Part shown: piece by piece, positions 36,231-51,820 of the stretch
Numbering within the stretch: position 1 is the stretch's first letter
Layout: each line of letters starts with the position of its first letter
From: the human T2T-CHM13v2.0 reference genome, Homo sapiens
Assembly (NCBI RefSeq): GCF_009914755.1
Contig: NC_060934.1
Strand: one strand, 5' to 3'
Length of the DNA stretch: 64,000 nt
Program-made: the position numbers and the translations under genes
The notes under the pieces: generated by a model
Told to the model about the DNA's origin: nothing
Database searches by the model: none
Seen by the model: the letters and a program-made list of their open reading frames with translations, nothing else

Positions 36231-37688
36231 GGACTTGAGGTCTTCACTCAAAGGGATAATTCGTGATGGAGATTAAAGGCAGCAAACAGTTCAGTAGCCT
36301 TGTGGGTCTGTCCTAGAATGTCTCCTAGGTTATTCTTTAAGGTTTTTTAATTGCTGTATCATAGGATCCTGACAAAAATGGGACACTGAGATGATGACCA
36401 AAGGGATCAAGCACACTGGTGAGTGATCAGTCAAGGGCCCTGCTCCCCCTTCTCCAGCACCCAGCCCTGTGTCTGGCAGATGGAGAGCACGCAGTCAATA
36501 CTGTTGAATACATGAATCGCCTACCAGGGGCCCTTCGGATATGCAGGGAATGGAAGGTCCTTTAAGGAATGGGACAGTGACTTACAGTGGGTAAGGTTTG
36601 GTTGGGCCTCGTGAACTTGATAGATTTTTTTGGCAGGGGGGCTATAATGTTCTGTCATGCAGGTCAGCTTGCTGTCATCCTGGACCCGTGCGTGTCTGGC
36701 TAAGTGTGAACTGAACATGAGCAGCATGATGCAGGGATTAGGGGACATTCATCTTCCACTCTTTCTCTTTGGAGCTGGAGGCTCAATGTGTTACTCTCAT
36801 GATGTCACAAAGCAACTGATGTCTTACTACATCCTGAAAGAATTATTTCCTCTTTTACTCTTCTTACAAATTGTACCTCATGATCCATTGAATTTCACTT
36901 TCCTATTTTTCCAACATTTCTCATTTTCTGCCCTTTTTATCCTCTCTCTCAGACCATTGGGGGAAGGAAGAAATGTTGCTTAGCAACCAGAATGAAACTA
37001 GTCAATACTGCTTCTAATATTAACCCTTTGGTAACGTGTGTGCGTCCCAATCCATGTGTTATAGAACTCTCCCCTAGCATGTTTTAAACTAGAACTTCAT
37101 CTAAAGTTGGCAGCTCAACTTTATGTCAAATCACAAACATCAAGGATATATTTGTGGGTTGTTATAAATGTTAGCAAGTTCCAGTGTTATAAGTTATACA
37201 CATTGTCTGCTTATTAAAGTGGTTCACTTTTACATTCTTAACTTTTGAAATTTGCTGTGACTATTTCACATGTTACTTTCACTTTTTGAACAAAATAGTT
37301 TCTTTGCTGGCTTGGTGTGTGTCTGTGTGTCTGCTGGTTTGCTTTTTAGACATTTAAGTCCATTTGTCTGACAATTGGAAGATATGTTTTCTGGGTTGTA
37401 TCATTCATTCATCTAATGTTTATTGGGCTCTACTCTCTGCCAGGTGCCATGCAGGGCACCGTGGAGTATTGCTGACTTGGGCAAACACTGCAGAGGTTGA
37501 GCAGACTTGGTTTCTGTATGCATCTTTTCATCAGCAAAGACTCTTTTTCCCTTTTCATCTTCATCTATTGAAATAACATATAACAGGGTGGGTTTTCAGA
37601 TGCAATAGTTACTCTTCTACTGGAATGGTTTCTTTGGCTTTGATTGGACAATATTATCCATACATTTTAAGCTCTTTGAGAGTGAGTG

Positions 37689-38180
<492 letters not shown>

Positions 38181-38934
38181 TCAAATCTCCCCTGATATCC
38201 AGCACTCTCATGCCAGTGAATGCCACCCTCAACTGGGGGAAACAGTGAACTGATCTCTTCTTTTCCTTAGGGCATTTTTTACTTTATTGAAGACTCTCTA
38301 CAAACACAGTGCCTTTGGGGGTGAACCAGAATTTACTGTGGTACTCTACACAGACAGTAGGCTGAGTGAAAGCTGAACTGATTGGGGTTTTCAGATTGCC
38401 TCTGTCTTCTCTCACTTGGAAAGGGGCGATTCCCCCTTACATTCCCTCTCACTTCTGGGGTGCCTAGTGGGTGATATGGTTGACCATCCTTGGACCCCGC
38501 ATTGCCTTGCAGGGTAATGCCAGTTGGGTTACTCACATTCTCTGGGTCCCCAGAGTTCCCATACACGAGACCATTGTGGAGTTGTGGGGGTTGTGTGGAT
38601 TCCCCCTGTTAGCTTGAGTGGCCAGTATTCCACAATGCTTGGGCTTGGTCTCTGTGAATTGGTTGGGTGGCAAAAAGTATCTACAATGACTAGATTCTGT
38701 AAAGCAAGCTAAAGGTGAAGCTGGCCTTAATGATTTTAGCTTATTTGTTATCTAAAAGATAGTGGTGACCTAGGACTCATCAAGGTGTGGCTTTGAACTG
38801 GAGTTTGGTAGATGTCTTCAAAAAGGCATCCAAAACACCTGAGATTATTATTACATGGTACTTGGGTTCTTGCCTTACTTTATTCAGAACAGAAAAGGAG
38901 AGAGAACTTAGAGACACAGGACCGGGCATGAGCT

Positions 38935-39205
38935 TAATTCTAGCAGCTTCTATTGTTGAGCACCCACTATGTGGCAGGCATTGTTCTAGACAGGTCTATT
39001 GCATACGTTATCTTCCAGCCTTTCCAGCAGCCTCGCAAGGAGCACATTCATATCCCTGTTTTGTGGGTGAAAAAACTGGGATTCAAGAGAGGGTAAATAT
39101 CTTGCTCAAGGTCACATAGCCCACATGGACCAGGCAGGGATGTAAATGTAGATAGGGTCTGACTCTGCATCCTGTGCATTCTCTGCAGGACCACATTGCC
39201 TCCTT
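38935..39205 (-). mobile_element. MIR
   Basis: tgagcacccactatgtggcaggc...cttgctcaaggtcaca. Confidence 0.75.
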
Positions 39206-39700
39206 TGCAAGTCAACCTCCACTTGAAGGCAGGGGGGAGCTCGGGTTGTAGTAAACAATCCTAGATGTGAGTAATGTGGGCATCCAGCCATCGAAGCCTG
39301 CCAGGACAGTTTTTACCATGTGAAAGCACTTAGTTGTTCAGTAGGTCCCATTGATCAGCTAAAACCATAGCAGGAACAAGGAAAGGGCTACAGGAGCCAA
39401 ATAAAAATTTCACATTCACTAACTTGGAAAGTCTTTCTTCATTTCTCATTTACTGCATTGCTGTATATCTTTCCATCTCTTCTCTCGAAACATGATCCCA
39501 GTTTACTTTGAAGTGGCTGAGTGTGGCGGGGGTTCTGTGAGGGAGAGGTGATTCTGACGATGATGATGGTCTTACCTGTCATTGAATCCTTCACATATAT
39601 GTGTGTATATATGTATACACATGCATACGTAATATCCCCAAGTCATTTTCATTTTTCCTTCATTAGCTCTCACTTACAAGTTATACATTTTCAAATATAA

Positions 39701-40093
<393 letters not shown>

Positions 40094-41384
40094 TGAGTTT
40101 CCTTTCCTCCTCACAATGCTGCTCCCCATGCAGGGAGCCGGCCAGGCAGCTCTAGGGCAGGGGGAGTGAACAGGGAAGGAACTAGCCGTGCACCACAAGG
40201 TCGTGTGAGAATGTCAGTGTCTGGGCATATCACATGGCAAGTCTTTCCTTCAACGACATCATGATTTACCTGGGTTCTTGCTGAGCTAATCTCCCTGCAG
40301 CAAGAGGACACTAAGTACTGGCCGTATGGCTGGAGAAAGCTGCCCTGGGTCCTGCAAGGCCAGGCTGCCTGGAATTCTTGGGGATCTGTGCCCTGCGGGG
40401 AGGATATCCAAACCAGCAGGTGGAGGAGGAGAAAGAGACAAGAGCTCAGGCCTACGCAGAGCTTCCCTGCTGGGGCCTGGTCTGCTGAGTGGGAAGGAAC
40501 AGTCAAGGCCATGGAGCCGTCAACTTCTCTGCCCTGTGTCCTCCTGGAAGGGAAAGGGAAGGCCTGCCAGGGCCTGCAGAGACAAGCAGCCATGTGGCTG
40601 GTCACGGTCCAAGGGAACGTGTCCCACTCACAGGGCCTAAAGCGGGAAGAACACCTCCTTCATGCTGCATGAGCAGGAGCAGATAGTGTTTACCTCTTTT
40701 GTCCGTGGCCCTGTGTGGGGGACCAAGGGACCGCATCATCCTACATAAGATCAGCGCATGTCACAGCCAGGCAGAGGGCTCACGTGGCATGCCAACCAAA
40801 TTGCCCTTTCATTGGCAATGCTGAAAGTGAAGGCCATGATTCTCAATTCCTGGGGATGCGTTTTGCATTTTGAAACTCAGATTTCAGGAGGAGCTGCTGC
40901 ATTTTTCTGTTCAAACCCCCAGTCTGAGAGAAGTGGGCTCAAGAACGTAAGCTGTTGGACTCTTCCTCACCCTCTGCTCAAAAGGCATTCTTAATGAGCC
41001 TCAATTCAGAAAATGAAGTGTCCAAGTCCAAGGCCTGAAAACCTGATGCATTATAGTAGGATGAATATTTTGTCTAATTATTTGTATTAATACAACAGCA
41101 GCCTAGGTACATAGGCTTTATATGAACTTATCTGTGGCTGAACTCCTTGTCTCCCAGATGAGGAGAGCCTAGATAGTGGTCTTTTGTGAGAAATGGCTTG
41201 TTGGAGGGAGCGGGTGTGAGCAGTTAGCAGAACTTCTCATATTTATTTTTTTCTGACTTTGAGGGAGAATTCTGAGAAACGATGGAAATGGGAAAGGAAG
41301 TGAGTAGGAAAAGTAAAGGGAAATGTATAAAAATGAAGGAGAGAAAGTAAATAAGAGGAAGTATTAGAGATACCAACCATGGCA

Positions 41385-41910
41385 TCCAGCGTTTTCCATG
41401 TTCTGTTAATCAGAATCTCAGCTTAAATTAGCATAAGCAAAAAGGAAATTTATTAGTTCACATGTCTGAGAAACTGAGGAGTGGATAAGACTCCAGGCCT
41501 GACTAGAGCCACAGGCTCAAATAACACAGTTGCTGCCATCTCTCTCCTGCCACCTCACAGCTCTACTTCCCTGCTGCTGACACCCAGGTAAACTTCCCCT
41601 AAGGGAGGCAACGTGGCTGTGAACTCCACAAGGCTTTCATATTCTCTTCTCATCAACCTCAGTCAAAAAAGAGAGATTTCCTCTCACCAGCAGTTCCACA
41701 AGATCCCAGACTGGGTCTTCCAGTCCCTGATTGGGCCACATACCCACCAACCTCAGCAGTCTGTGAGAGATGACACCCTGGTTGGCCAGTCAGTTTCTGT
41801 GCCTGCCTGGAGCCTAGGTGGAGTTGGCTCCACAGAACTCAGAGATGGAGGGAGGTGGGAGGAGTTTCCCTGGGGCACATCAGGGTACTTGTACAGGAGG
41901 ATGTGAATGC
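41385..41910 (-). mobile_element. MLT1K/L-type LTR
   Basis: taagcaaaaaggaaatttattagttcacatg...caggctcaaataa. Confidence 0.65.
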
Positions 41911-42999
41911 ACACTGGGCAGGAAAAGACCCGCCAAAGGAAGATGCGATGAAGCGAAAAGGGGTCCTGGAGAAGAGCTGTTGATGTGATGGTTCAATGAA
42001 GATGGAGAAACAAGGAAAATCAAACCTGTGCATTGCTTTGGGTGGCCAGACTGGATGATAAAGCCAACATGGTAGAAAGGCTCTTGTATCAACAGGAGTT
42101 GGTCAAGATGTTTTCTAGACAGCATTTTAAATTCAGAGCATCCCTTTTATTGTAGGCTTTAGAATGAAGGAATGTGGTTGTTTGGGCCTATGGATCTTAA
42201 CCATTGCTAGAACCTATTATTTTGGAGAGCTCTGAGAGTTAGTGAGGAGAGAGTCATGAGCTGGAATAAACATGTTTTGAGTACCTACTATTTAACAGAC
42301 ACCAGTGGTTTAAAGATCAATAAGATATGGTTTCTGCCTTCTGGCGGAGGTATGGGTAATATAACAACTACAATCTCGTGAAACTCTCATATTCTCTGAT
42401 GAAAAGGAAATATTTTCTTCCTCCAGGACTAAGTTACTCAGGCTGTGCTTCCTGGAATACCAGGATTGACTTAGGTGTTTCGTGGGAAAACAAAAACAGA
42501 AACAACAATTTGTGTCTTGACAGATTAAAAGATGTTGTACCTTCTTTCCACTGGGGGAGGGAGGATTGGCATTTGCAATGCTCGTTGTCATATGAATGGC
42601 TCCAAGAAGTTTGGCAATAATGAAAGCTTTTAGATGTTGTTTAACCTGGCATTACAACTAGCTTATGTGATGATGGTGTACTTCTTTCATGACACTAGTA
42701 TAGTATTGAACATGGTTCATAAAACAGAGCCCACAGAATTAGCCACATCTTCATGGATTTGCACATGCAGAGCCATCTGGAAAGACCTGTTACCCAGTCT
42801 AGTCTTGGATGTTGTAAGGGACCTATTGAGTGTTTCCCCAGGCCTAGGCCACGCTTCTCACCACACCCAGCTTCCTGAGAGGTTTATAACGCAGATCAGA
42901 TAACACCAGCTTCTCCTGTCTTTTGCCTCTTTGGGTTTTCTCCTCAAGAACTAGTCACAGTAATTCTGTTCTTTGGAGTCTGGGAAGACTGACTGAGAT

Positions 43000-43690
43000 T
43001 CACTTTACTGGTATCATCATCTACTGGTGGTACCCAAGATGATTTTGGAGGTGCATAGCTACATCATTAATTGTGTGAAGAAATGCTTTTTCCCTCTCAG
43101 TTCTCCTTTCTGTCCTTTTGGCCACAATGAGGAGAAAGTCTTAGTTTGGAGCTGCTGTGTCTTTAATGTTTCTATTACGTGTGGATTTTTTTTTTTAAGA
43201 GAGCAGCCCTCAGGCTCAAAGCCTTCAGTAGGTCACTATGTCTGAACTACATTTTTAAATTATTTTGTTTTCACTGTACATATTTCTCTGAATACTTTTT
43301 ACTTATGACTGTAGGCACCTTCTGCTTATGACAGATGATCCTGGTCTTTATGATAGTTGTATAAAATTCCCTTTAAAAATAAATATAAGGAGGAGTGGGT
43401 CAACTTAGATCAAGGTTTCTTAATCTTGGCACTAATGATATTTTGAACCAGATAATTCTTTGTTGTGGAGAGTTATCCTGAGCACTGCAGGTTACTTATC
43501 AGTGTCCCTGGCTTCTACCCAGCAGAAGCTGCCCCCACCAAAGTTGTGACAACACAGAACATTTCCAGACATAAGTATCCCTATAGCATGAATGCCCCAA
43601 GTAGTGTAAACCACCAGTTTAAAGCAGAGTGATATAGAAGTGTAGCAATAGTTGTGAAGGTCGTGTGGATGACCAGATTTGAATCCTGTA
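43000..43690 (-). mobile_element. Charlie4a-like hAT element
   Basis: ctactggtggtacccaagatgatttt...gagagcagccctcaggctcaaagccttc. Confidence 0.7.
43411..43617. mobile_element. MER20 nested in Charlie4a
   Basis: ggtttcttaatcttggcactaatgatattttgaaccagataattctttgttgtgg...gttgtgacaac. Confidence 0.85.
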
Positions 43691-44749
43691 TTATGGTTAG
43701 TGGGCTGGACTGCCACTGGCTGCCATAAGAGCTGGGCACCTTCACCCCACCCCATCACCCTCTCCACTTCGAAGTCTTTCCAGATGGCTCTGTGTGGGCA
43801 AATCAGTGAAAATCTGTGGTCTCTGTGGGTTGTTGGTAAGAGAATGAGCTTTGGACCCTGTTGCATTTGGGGCTGTCCATTCTTTTGCAGAAGCAGCAGA
43901 AGTCCAGGGAGGGAGCACTGGGCAGCCCAGCCCCATGACAAATGCCAAGTCACCAGAAATCAAAAGAGGAATGCTGAGTCATAATTTCCTTCATTCAGGA
44001 ATTAGCATGTGCTTTTGAGATTTTGAACTACAGTGCAATGCAGAGCTGGTGAATGAGCAAGGTTTAAATATTCATTTGGCATTAGCATCTGTGAGGATGG
44101 CCAGATACTTTCATTAATTGGATTCAGGTTATATGTGTTTCGTTTAAAAGCAGCTGCGATCACTAATGGAATGACCTCTGTGTCACTTTCCATTCTGAAG
44201 CAGGAGGCACGATAGCTCCTCTTAGGATGTTGTGTTTGCCACTTGCGCTGACACCAAATGCTGGTAAAATATGGTTGCTCCCCGCTTTAAAAACAAAATT
44301 TTGTTTTCATTTTTAATAAAGAGACAGATCCCAGGCTTGAAAGGCATGGGACACTGGGCAGCTATACTGATGGCTGCAAAGGTGTGGGATTTGGGAGAAG
44401 TCAGTTTTCTCTTTCCTATCCACCACCCTTCTTCCTCCCTCCAGCCTCCACCACCTTGAAGGCCGTGAGTCCGAACAGGGGACCCAGAGACAGGTCTGGG
44501 TGTCCAGGTGGTTCCCCATTCTACATTCAGCATGGGGCTCACCTGCCACCCACTCTTGCCTCCATGTCCCACCCCCAACATGCACACATGCCTCTCTAGG
44601 CTTAATTTTGAGCATTTAGAAAAACATAAGACCACCCCCACCCCCAGCTCTCTTTTCATTTCTCCCTTTCCCACCAAGATTCACGCAGACCGGAACAGAG
44701 TCTTTCAATGACAATATACTATTATGTTAGTATAATAATAATACATTTG

Positions 44750-45310
44750 TTTGCTCTTATTCCTAGCAGAGCAGCCACGGAGTGCTCTGTTAAAATGTTA
44801 GATGAGACCCTGTTACTCCTCTGCTAAGAAATCTCCTGAAGGCCCAAGTGCTCCCAAGGCCCAGGAGACCTTGCCCTCCCCTTGGCCCCTGACCTCTGCC
44901 CTCAAGCCTCCTCCCTGGCCCTGGCTCCCTCCATGCCAGTGGGTGCGGCCTGTCCTTGCAGCTCCTCGGACCTATTGGATGTCTTTTTCCTTGATGTTCC
45001 TTCTATTTCTATTTCAGTATCTCTTTCTTCCTTTGCATCTTTGCTTAAAAGATGTGTCCTTTGCACAGTCTTCCCTGTTGAGAATGACCCCTTCTCCCAC
45101 CCCAGCTACCTCTGCTTCTTGCTTTCTCTCTACAGCCTCAGAGTCCTCCACGACACTCTGCAGCCCTCATTTCCCATGCAGGTTGCATGCCTTCCATTGC
45201 GGGAATCCAACTCCACAAGGGCTGGGGTCCCATCCGTTGTAGTCATTGGGGTATCCCTGGCATCTGACACACAGGGATGCTCAATAAATGTTGGTGAGTA
45301 AATGACTGAC
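44750..45310 (+). mobile_element. L2 3' end
   Basis: agcagccacggagtg...tgctcaataaatgttggtgagtaaatgac. Confidence 0.7.
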
Positions 45311-45322
45311 TGTTACTATGAC

Positions 45323-45714
45323 TGTATTAGTCCATGCTAATTGCATTGCTATAAAGAAATGCCTGAGATTGGGTAATTTATAAAGAGGATTAATGGTTCT
45401 GCAGGCTGCACAGGAAGTGTACTGGCTTCTGCTTCTGGGGAGACCTCAGGAAGCTTTTACTCATGGCCGAAGGCAAAGAGGGCGCTGGCACTTCATGTGG
45501 CTGGAGGAGGAGGGAGAGAAGGGGGAGGTGCCACACATGTTTAAACAACCAGATCTCACAAGAATTAATTATCAACCACAGCTCCAAAGGGGATGGTGTT
45601 AAACCATGAGAAACCACCCCCATGATCCAGTCACCTCCCACCAGGCCCATCTCCAATGTTGGGGATCACAATTTGACACGAGATTTTGTGGGGACACAGA
45701 TCCAAACTGTATCA
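45323..45714 (-). mobile_element. MSTA solo LTR
   Basis: tgtattagtccat...gggacacagatccaaactgtatca. Perfect TSD ATGAC at 45318-45322 and 45715-45719. Confidence 0.93.
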
Positions 45715-45721
45715 ATGACTG

Positions 45722-45930
45722 ATAGTAACAGCAGCAGAGGGTGTCATGGGTTACAGAGTGCCTCTGTGTGCATTTTCTTGCTTTCCTCACCACAACCCCA
45801 TGAGGTAGGCTAGGAAGGTTTTATTATCCCACTTTGCAGATGAGAAAGGTGAAGCCCAAAGATAGCCAGGGGTCTGTTCAAGTTCAAACAGCTAGCAACA
45901 GTGAACTTGAACTTATTTCTTCTGTCCCCT
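45722..45930 (-). mobile_element. MIR
   Basis: cacaaccccatgaggtagg...ttatcccactttgcagatgagaaa. Confidence 0.75.
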
Positions 45931-47019
45931 GGGCTGTTTATCTTTGATATCTGACATGGCTGATTCAGGCTTCTAGAATTCTAGGGCAGCTGCAGGTGAC
46001 CCCAGTAGGCTGAAGTTAGGAGACCTAGGTAAACGAGTGTCATGGTGAAATCCCCCCCGCTCCTGAGACCCCACAGGCTCCTCCCAGACAGGCCGGCCTC
46101 CTTAGGCCTTGGGTATAATTAGCCTAGAGGTCTCCGGCCTTGATACAATAACTGGTAAGAAGCTATCCATTCTGCCGTTCATTAAGACAGGTGACACAAG
46201 ATGAAATATTTTAGGTAAATCATCTGGCCTAATTTAGAAAGGCTCTGTAGGGCTAGAGCCTTTGATTTATCGGGGAGAGGTATCTGTTATCAGAGCGTCT
46301 CACACACGGACTTATTTATTATCCAGAATCTGTTTTTAATTTCAGAGATTGTTTACCTAAACTGCTGCGTGTCAGATTCCAGGATGGATTTCTGCTTAGC
46401 ATTTAATTTTAGATACTTGCCATGGTGGACAGAAAAAAATGGGCCTCCAGAATTTGTAGTTTCATTATGAATCTTACCCTTGGCAGCCCCTACCAGTAGT
46501 TTGTCTTTGAAATCTCCTTGGTACTTGTTAACCCTGCTCTGCTGTGAAAGAGATATGGTTTATTTATTGGACTTTGCCCATTTATGAAAAAGTACAGAAA
46601 TTATTAATGGTTTAGTAGCTATTAATGCATTACTTGGGTGGAATTCAAATTCTAATATTTATGGTAAACCCCTTTATAATGAAACGGGCAGAGAATCAGC
46701 TCTCTTGCTCCTTAAATTTGGAAGGCTCTGGATGCCATTGGAATGGCTCCCTGTGAAATATGAGCCCTTCTGGCATTATATTTACACCCATAAATAAAAA
46801 ATAAGTACTTTGGGTTGGAGGAGAAATAATTAAGAATATTTGTGTAGATAATAAAGAGGAAATGGTCCAGTTTGGTTAAGTGTGTGTTTAGGAAATGCCA
46901 GGGGCTGCTGGGACTCGAATGAGGGATGGGAAAGATCAGGGCTGGAGGACTGTGGGTGTGGAGGACTTCTGGGGACTTGCAGGAAGGGAAGCCTTGTGGA
47001 GGCCATCGTGGGACCATAG

Positions 47020-47210
47020 TAAGATGTGTGGATCTGGGAGGCTTGTTTGGATTCCAAGTCTTCCCTAAGTTAGTACAGCTCTTTGATAGCAGTTGAACTT
47101 CCCTGGACCTCAGCCTCCTCCTCCATAAAGTGAAGGTGATATCTCACAAAATTGTCAAGATGGTAAACAGTGTAGACTTAGAATTGTAATAAATAATCTA
47201 CAGATCTCTG
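47020..47210 (+). mobile_element. Degenerate MIR
   Basis: cttccctggacctcagcctcctcctccataaagtg. Confidence 0.55.
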
Positions 47211-47654
47211 TATATGAGGCCTAAAGAGAGAACTCGGGTATGGCAAGCATCTCAGAGCAGGATTGGAAAATACATATACATATGTATGTACATATACACA
47301 CATATAGAGATACATGTATTTTTGGTGTGTGTGCATAATTGCTGGCTGTCGAGTGGAAGATAGGGAATATAGAATGGGTATGAAATGACCTTAATATGGA
47401 CATTTTAAAAAATACGGTCTCAGAATACAATAAAATGCATTGAGTACCTCTTACCCACCAGGGCTCTTCTGCCCGTGGAATCTGTTATTGGGTTAATGTT
47501 CCCTGATCTTTTTCTAGTCCAACTGAGCTTCTTTCTGACCTCTTCCTGTTAGAAGCTAAAGGGTTTGGTTGAATCTCTACATCTGTAAGCATCTGGTAAT
47601 CAGCTGTAAAATCAACATGTCATAACAGGAAGGAATCTCAAGGAGCATCTTGTT

Positions 47655-47832
47655 TAGGGATGGCAAATACATTTTATTGCATATGAAAGCTATATAGTGG
47701 TGGCTTCTAGAAGTGCTGAATTGAGAAAAATTCTGACCCATAGCCGTGTTTAGCAGGAAAGATGCGTGACTGATGAGTGGTACCTACTAGAGTTGATGAG
47801 TGGGAAGTAGTGATGTTGTGTCTCACATCCTC
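47655..47832. mobile_element. MER112-like hAT-Charlie
   Basis: agggatggcaaata...gtgctgaattgagaaaaattctga...caggaaaga. Confidence 0.65.
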
Positions 47833-48119
47833 TCATAGTTTTTGTTTGTTTGTTTGTTTTAAGAAGGAAACTAAAACCTAGCACAGTCAACTGGCCAAGC
47901 TCACAGAGTTAAATCTCTGGCTTCCAATTCAAGTGATACTGAGGCCACACCACACTGGTGTGGTTACTACAGACCTCCTAGGAGGACAGCAGTCAGCTGC
48001 CCCTGACTTAACAGAGTACCACTTCAAGTGGACATAGTGTTTGACATCTCCTTGACGTGTCTGATGGCCTTCACAGAGAGCCAAGAAGCCAAGGCCCAAG
48101 AGACTATTTGGATCGATGA

Positions 48120-48355
48120 TGATTGTGTTAATGATAACCCATTTATTTAGTATTTCTATGTCCCTGGTCCTATACCATGCCTTTGATGCTTGTTTTCTCA
48201 TTTAATTACAACAATCTTATCAGTGGGTGACAATCTCTTCATTATGCACATGAGGAAAAAGGGGTCCAGATAGGTTAAACTCTGCAGAGTCACAAGCTAG
48301 CAAGTCTCAAAGTCTCACAGACTCCAGAGCATGTGTTTTTAATCACTGGACATCT
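48120..48355 (-). mobile_element. MIR
   Basis: tctcatttaattacaacaatc...catgaggaaa...ctccagagc. Confidence 0.65.
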
Positions 48356-49568
48356 CCTTTGTGCTTGTGAATGGTGCCATCCCTAGAGGTAGCATAGATG
48401 CATCCTCCGAGTACCATGAAGAAAGATGTACATGTAAAGTAGCAAAGGAAGCTGGGGTCAGTGGGTGGTCGATGCTCCTGACAGACAACATTTAGGCGTC
48501 GGGGAAGAATGTCCTTGCCATCTCATACAGAGTTTCCCTATTTCTGTGTGTGCTGCCGTGACTCCAGCAAGAGTTGGATGGAATTGGGGAGATCAAGTCT
48601 CCAGTTCTTTATTTCTGCTCCCTGTAGCTAATTGCATAATGACTCATAAAAGTTAAATTTCTGGTGAGCATGTCTGCCATGCTGTTTTGCTAACGGGCAT
48701 GGACGTTTCCTGACTTCAGAAGAAAATGAGCCCTGATGCTGGAGAAAGGGACAACCTTTCCCCCTAACAAATTTTGCCTCTCTTGTCCCTAAGTTATGAG
48801 GAGCCTGAGTAGACAGTCTCATTCTGGGAGCTCTGGGCTCCTCCCCATGGTGCTCCAGGGGCTGGTGGCTGGCTTGCATTGAGCCTGTTTACTGTGTGGT
48901 GAAGGCAGAAGACCTGGTCATTGTATTCCTAATTTTACCTGAGTTAACTATAGCCAGATAACACAGGTCTTGGACTCAGGTCCAAATTCATTCATCCACC
49001 AGGCTTATCCTTTGTCTGCCTATTGGCTTTTAAATATTCAGGTTACAGGGTATAATCTTAACATTTAGGTTAACTGTCAAATAAAAATAAAAATAAAAAT
49101 AAAAATGAAAATTAATAAGGTGGAAAAAAAGAAGAGAGTGTCTTTATTTACAACTTTTATTGGAGCTGGTGGAAGGGCTCCCTCTCAGCCCTTGTGATTC
49201 CTGTCTAGAAAATGGGCTCTTCTCTGCATGGTGCAGTCAGCAAACTACTGGTCTCCTCCTGGGCTGGGTGTGGGTTGCTGCCCTGCCTGGGTCACATAGA
49301 AGGAAGCTCAGGAAATTCTTTGATCCAAAGCTACTTTTCTGTCCTAGGAAAGGGGTCCCAGAAGGATTTCACTTCTCCCCAAGATAGCAATGAGAATTGC
49401 TCTCATTGCTGCTGATGATGATGGAGGAGGAGGAGGAGGATACTATGTTAGCATTTGAGTAGAATCATCATAACCTGGCAGGCATTGTTCTAAGTAATTA
49501 ACATAATTCTTCAATAGACTTGAAGTTGCTGTTATTGTTATCCCCATTTTGCAGTTAAACAATAGCTT

Positions 49569-49873
<305 letters not shown>

Positions 49874-51599
49874 TCATTTATTCCCTCAGGGTCATATTAT
49901 TGGTACGTGGTGGAGCTGGCCTGAGAATAGAGTCTGTGCTTGGTGACTGGAAGAGTGTCTTAGGAGAGGAACACTTCCCTTTCCCTGTCAGTCTCCAGAT
50001 GCTTACTCTCCTCTTCTTGGAGATTGTTTTCTTTTTGATCAAAATTAAATCCAGAAGAGAGAGGGAAAATCCTGATGGAGCATCTTTGCAGGCCCCTTTT
50101 ATCAGGGCTTTTCTCTGGCTTCATCTACCTGCCTGCTCCACAGGCCCCAATCCCTCACCTAAACCCCTAAGGCCTATCTATTCTTTGTCTGTCATGAACA
50201 GTTCTCCAAATCTTTATTCACCCTAAGTTATAGATGAATGACAGAAGATGAATGTGTTTCTTGTCCCAGCAATATTTGTATTTTCATTGTAGTCGAAGAA
50301 GTGAAGATGGAATTTCAGGTGCAACTGACCAGGTGCTGCTTCCCACTCTATGGTCTTTATATATCCAAGCTAACCTGAGATGCAAAGCTAGGAATTCACT
50401 TAAACTGTCTGCCATTCCATCTGTTTGGACTTGTCTACAAGCCAATCAGGAAGACATATGAAAGGTGAACAGAGGCAGCATTTTAGCTCCTTCTGCACCC
50501 TAGGATTGTACAGTGCCACAGTCTCCAGTAGCATGCTCTGAACATGATCACTGTATCACTCTTCCAGATGGAAGGTGATCCTGCAATCAGTGGGCTTTGC
50601 TTAGCACAGTGTAGGCTACAGTCAGAAACCTGACTCTGCGAGAACATTCCTTAGGTGCCGGGAGCAGGAGAGGGAGGCTGGACACTCCATGTTGCCTGAG
50701 GCCACCACCCTTTGGACTAAGAGACAGAAAGAAAATCGCGCTCACCTCTGGAAAGACCAAGTCGTTGATGTCCTGCTTCCCCTCTTCAGGGCTGTTCTAC
50801 CTATAAGGCCATCTCCTGAAGTCACCGTGTTTTTTATATAACATTTTGTCCTTTTAGAAATTATCCTGACGCATGTCAAGAGCTTTCACACCGAAAAAAT
50901 ATGTCACATTAGCTTCCAAGTTTCTGATTGTCTAAATAACGCAGCAACTCAACATACAGCTGTCTGGCATTTTGACAGTACAATAACCCATAATTCTTCC
51001 TGCCACTCAACACTTCAAGGTTAGCATTTTGTAGTTTGCTCTCAAGGAGTAGTCATTTAAATTTTCAAGAGCAAAGAAATGAATGTGGCTGCTTCATACC
51101 TCTCTTTTGATCTTTCTTTATCTGGGTGGTTTTTCCATTTATATTTTCCATTATATATTTTGGAATGCTTATATTTGGGTGTAAACTTTTCTTGGAGAGT
51201 TAGAATGTTGTATCCCATTCTCCAGATAGATGGGAATAAAAATGAGACATATCTGCTGAGCTTCAGAGGGCAGCTGCCCTGTGAGCAGTTCCCAAGCATT
51301 TGCAGTGGAGTAAAGCAAGAAGGAACTAGTAGGCGTATGGAGTAGTTTATGACTCTTTCCTGCCTCCTTTCAGAAGGCAGGTGAAGTACTTGCAGCTGCA
51401 TTCTGAGGAAGGTGGAGTTTCCAGTTTCTACCTTCTCTTGAGAGAACCCCACTTGCTTGGTCCAACCTCCATCCTTGAGTCTCAAGGATGAGTCTTGGAA
51501 ACCCAATTAACATCTTTGACTTAGCTGCTGGTTTCTGAATTGTCCTAACTGGCTTGGTTGCAACTGGTCATCTTTGTAGGCACATTACTACCCCTAGGT

Positions 51600-51820
51600 G
51601 GGAAACTGGGTTATAAATCTGGCTTTCATTAATTACCTCTGTAAACTTGACCAAGTCAACAGTTTTCCTCTTTGAACTTCTTTCCTTATTTCTAAAATGA
51701 AATTACTAGCTCTTGCCATACCTGCCACTCTAGGCTTATATAGCTGGGATAAGAAGAAACAATAAGGATAAATGTGCCTTGAATTATTGAGAGCCATGCT
51801 ATCTCAATATTAGACATTAT
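51600..51820 (+). mobile_element. Degenerate MIR
   Basis: ctgggttataaatctggc...cttgaccaagtca...tctaaaatga. Confidence 0.55.

Noticed and set aside
40111-40686. Overlapping ORFs in a GC-richer patch
   Set aside because: ORFs on both strands reflect GC content. No CpG island and no homology recognised.
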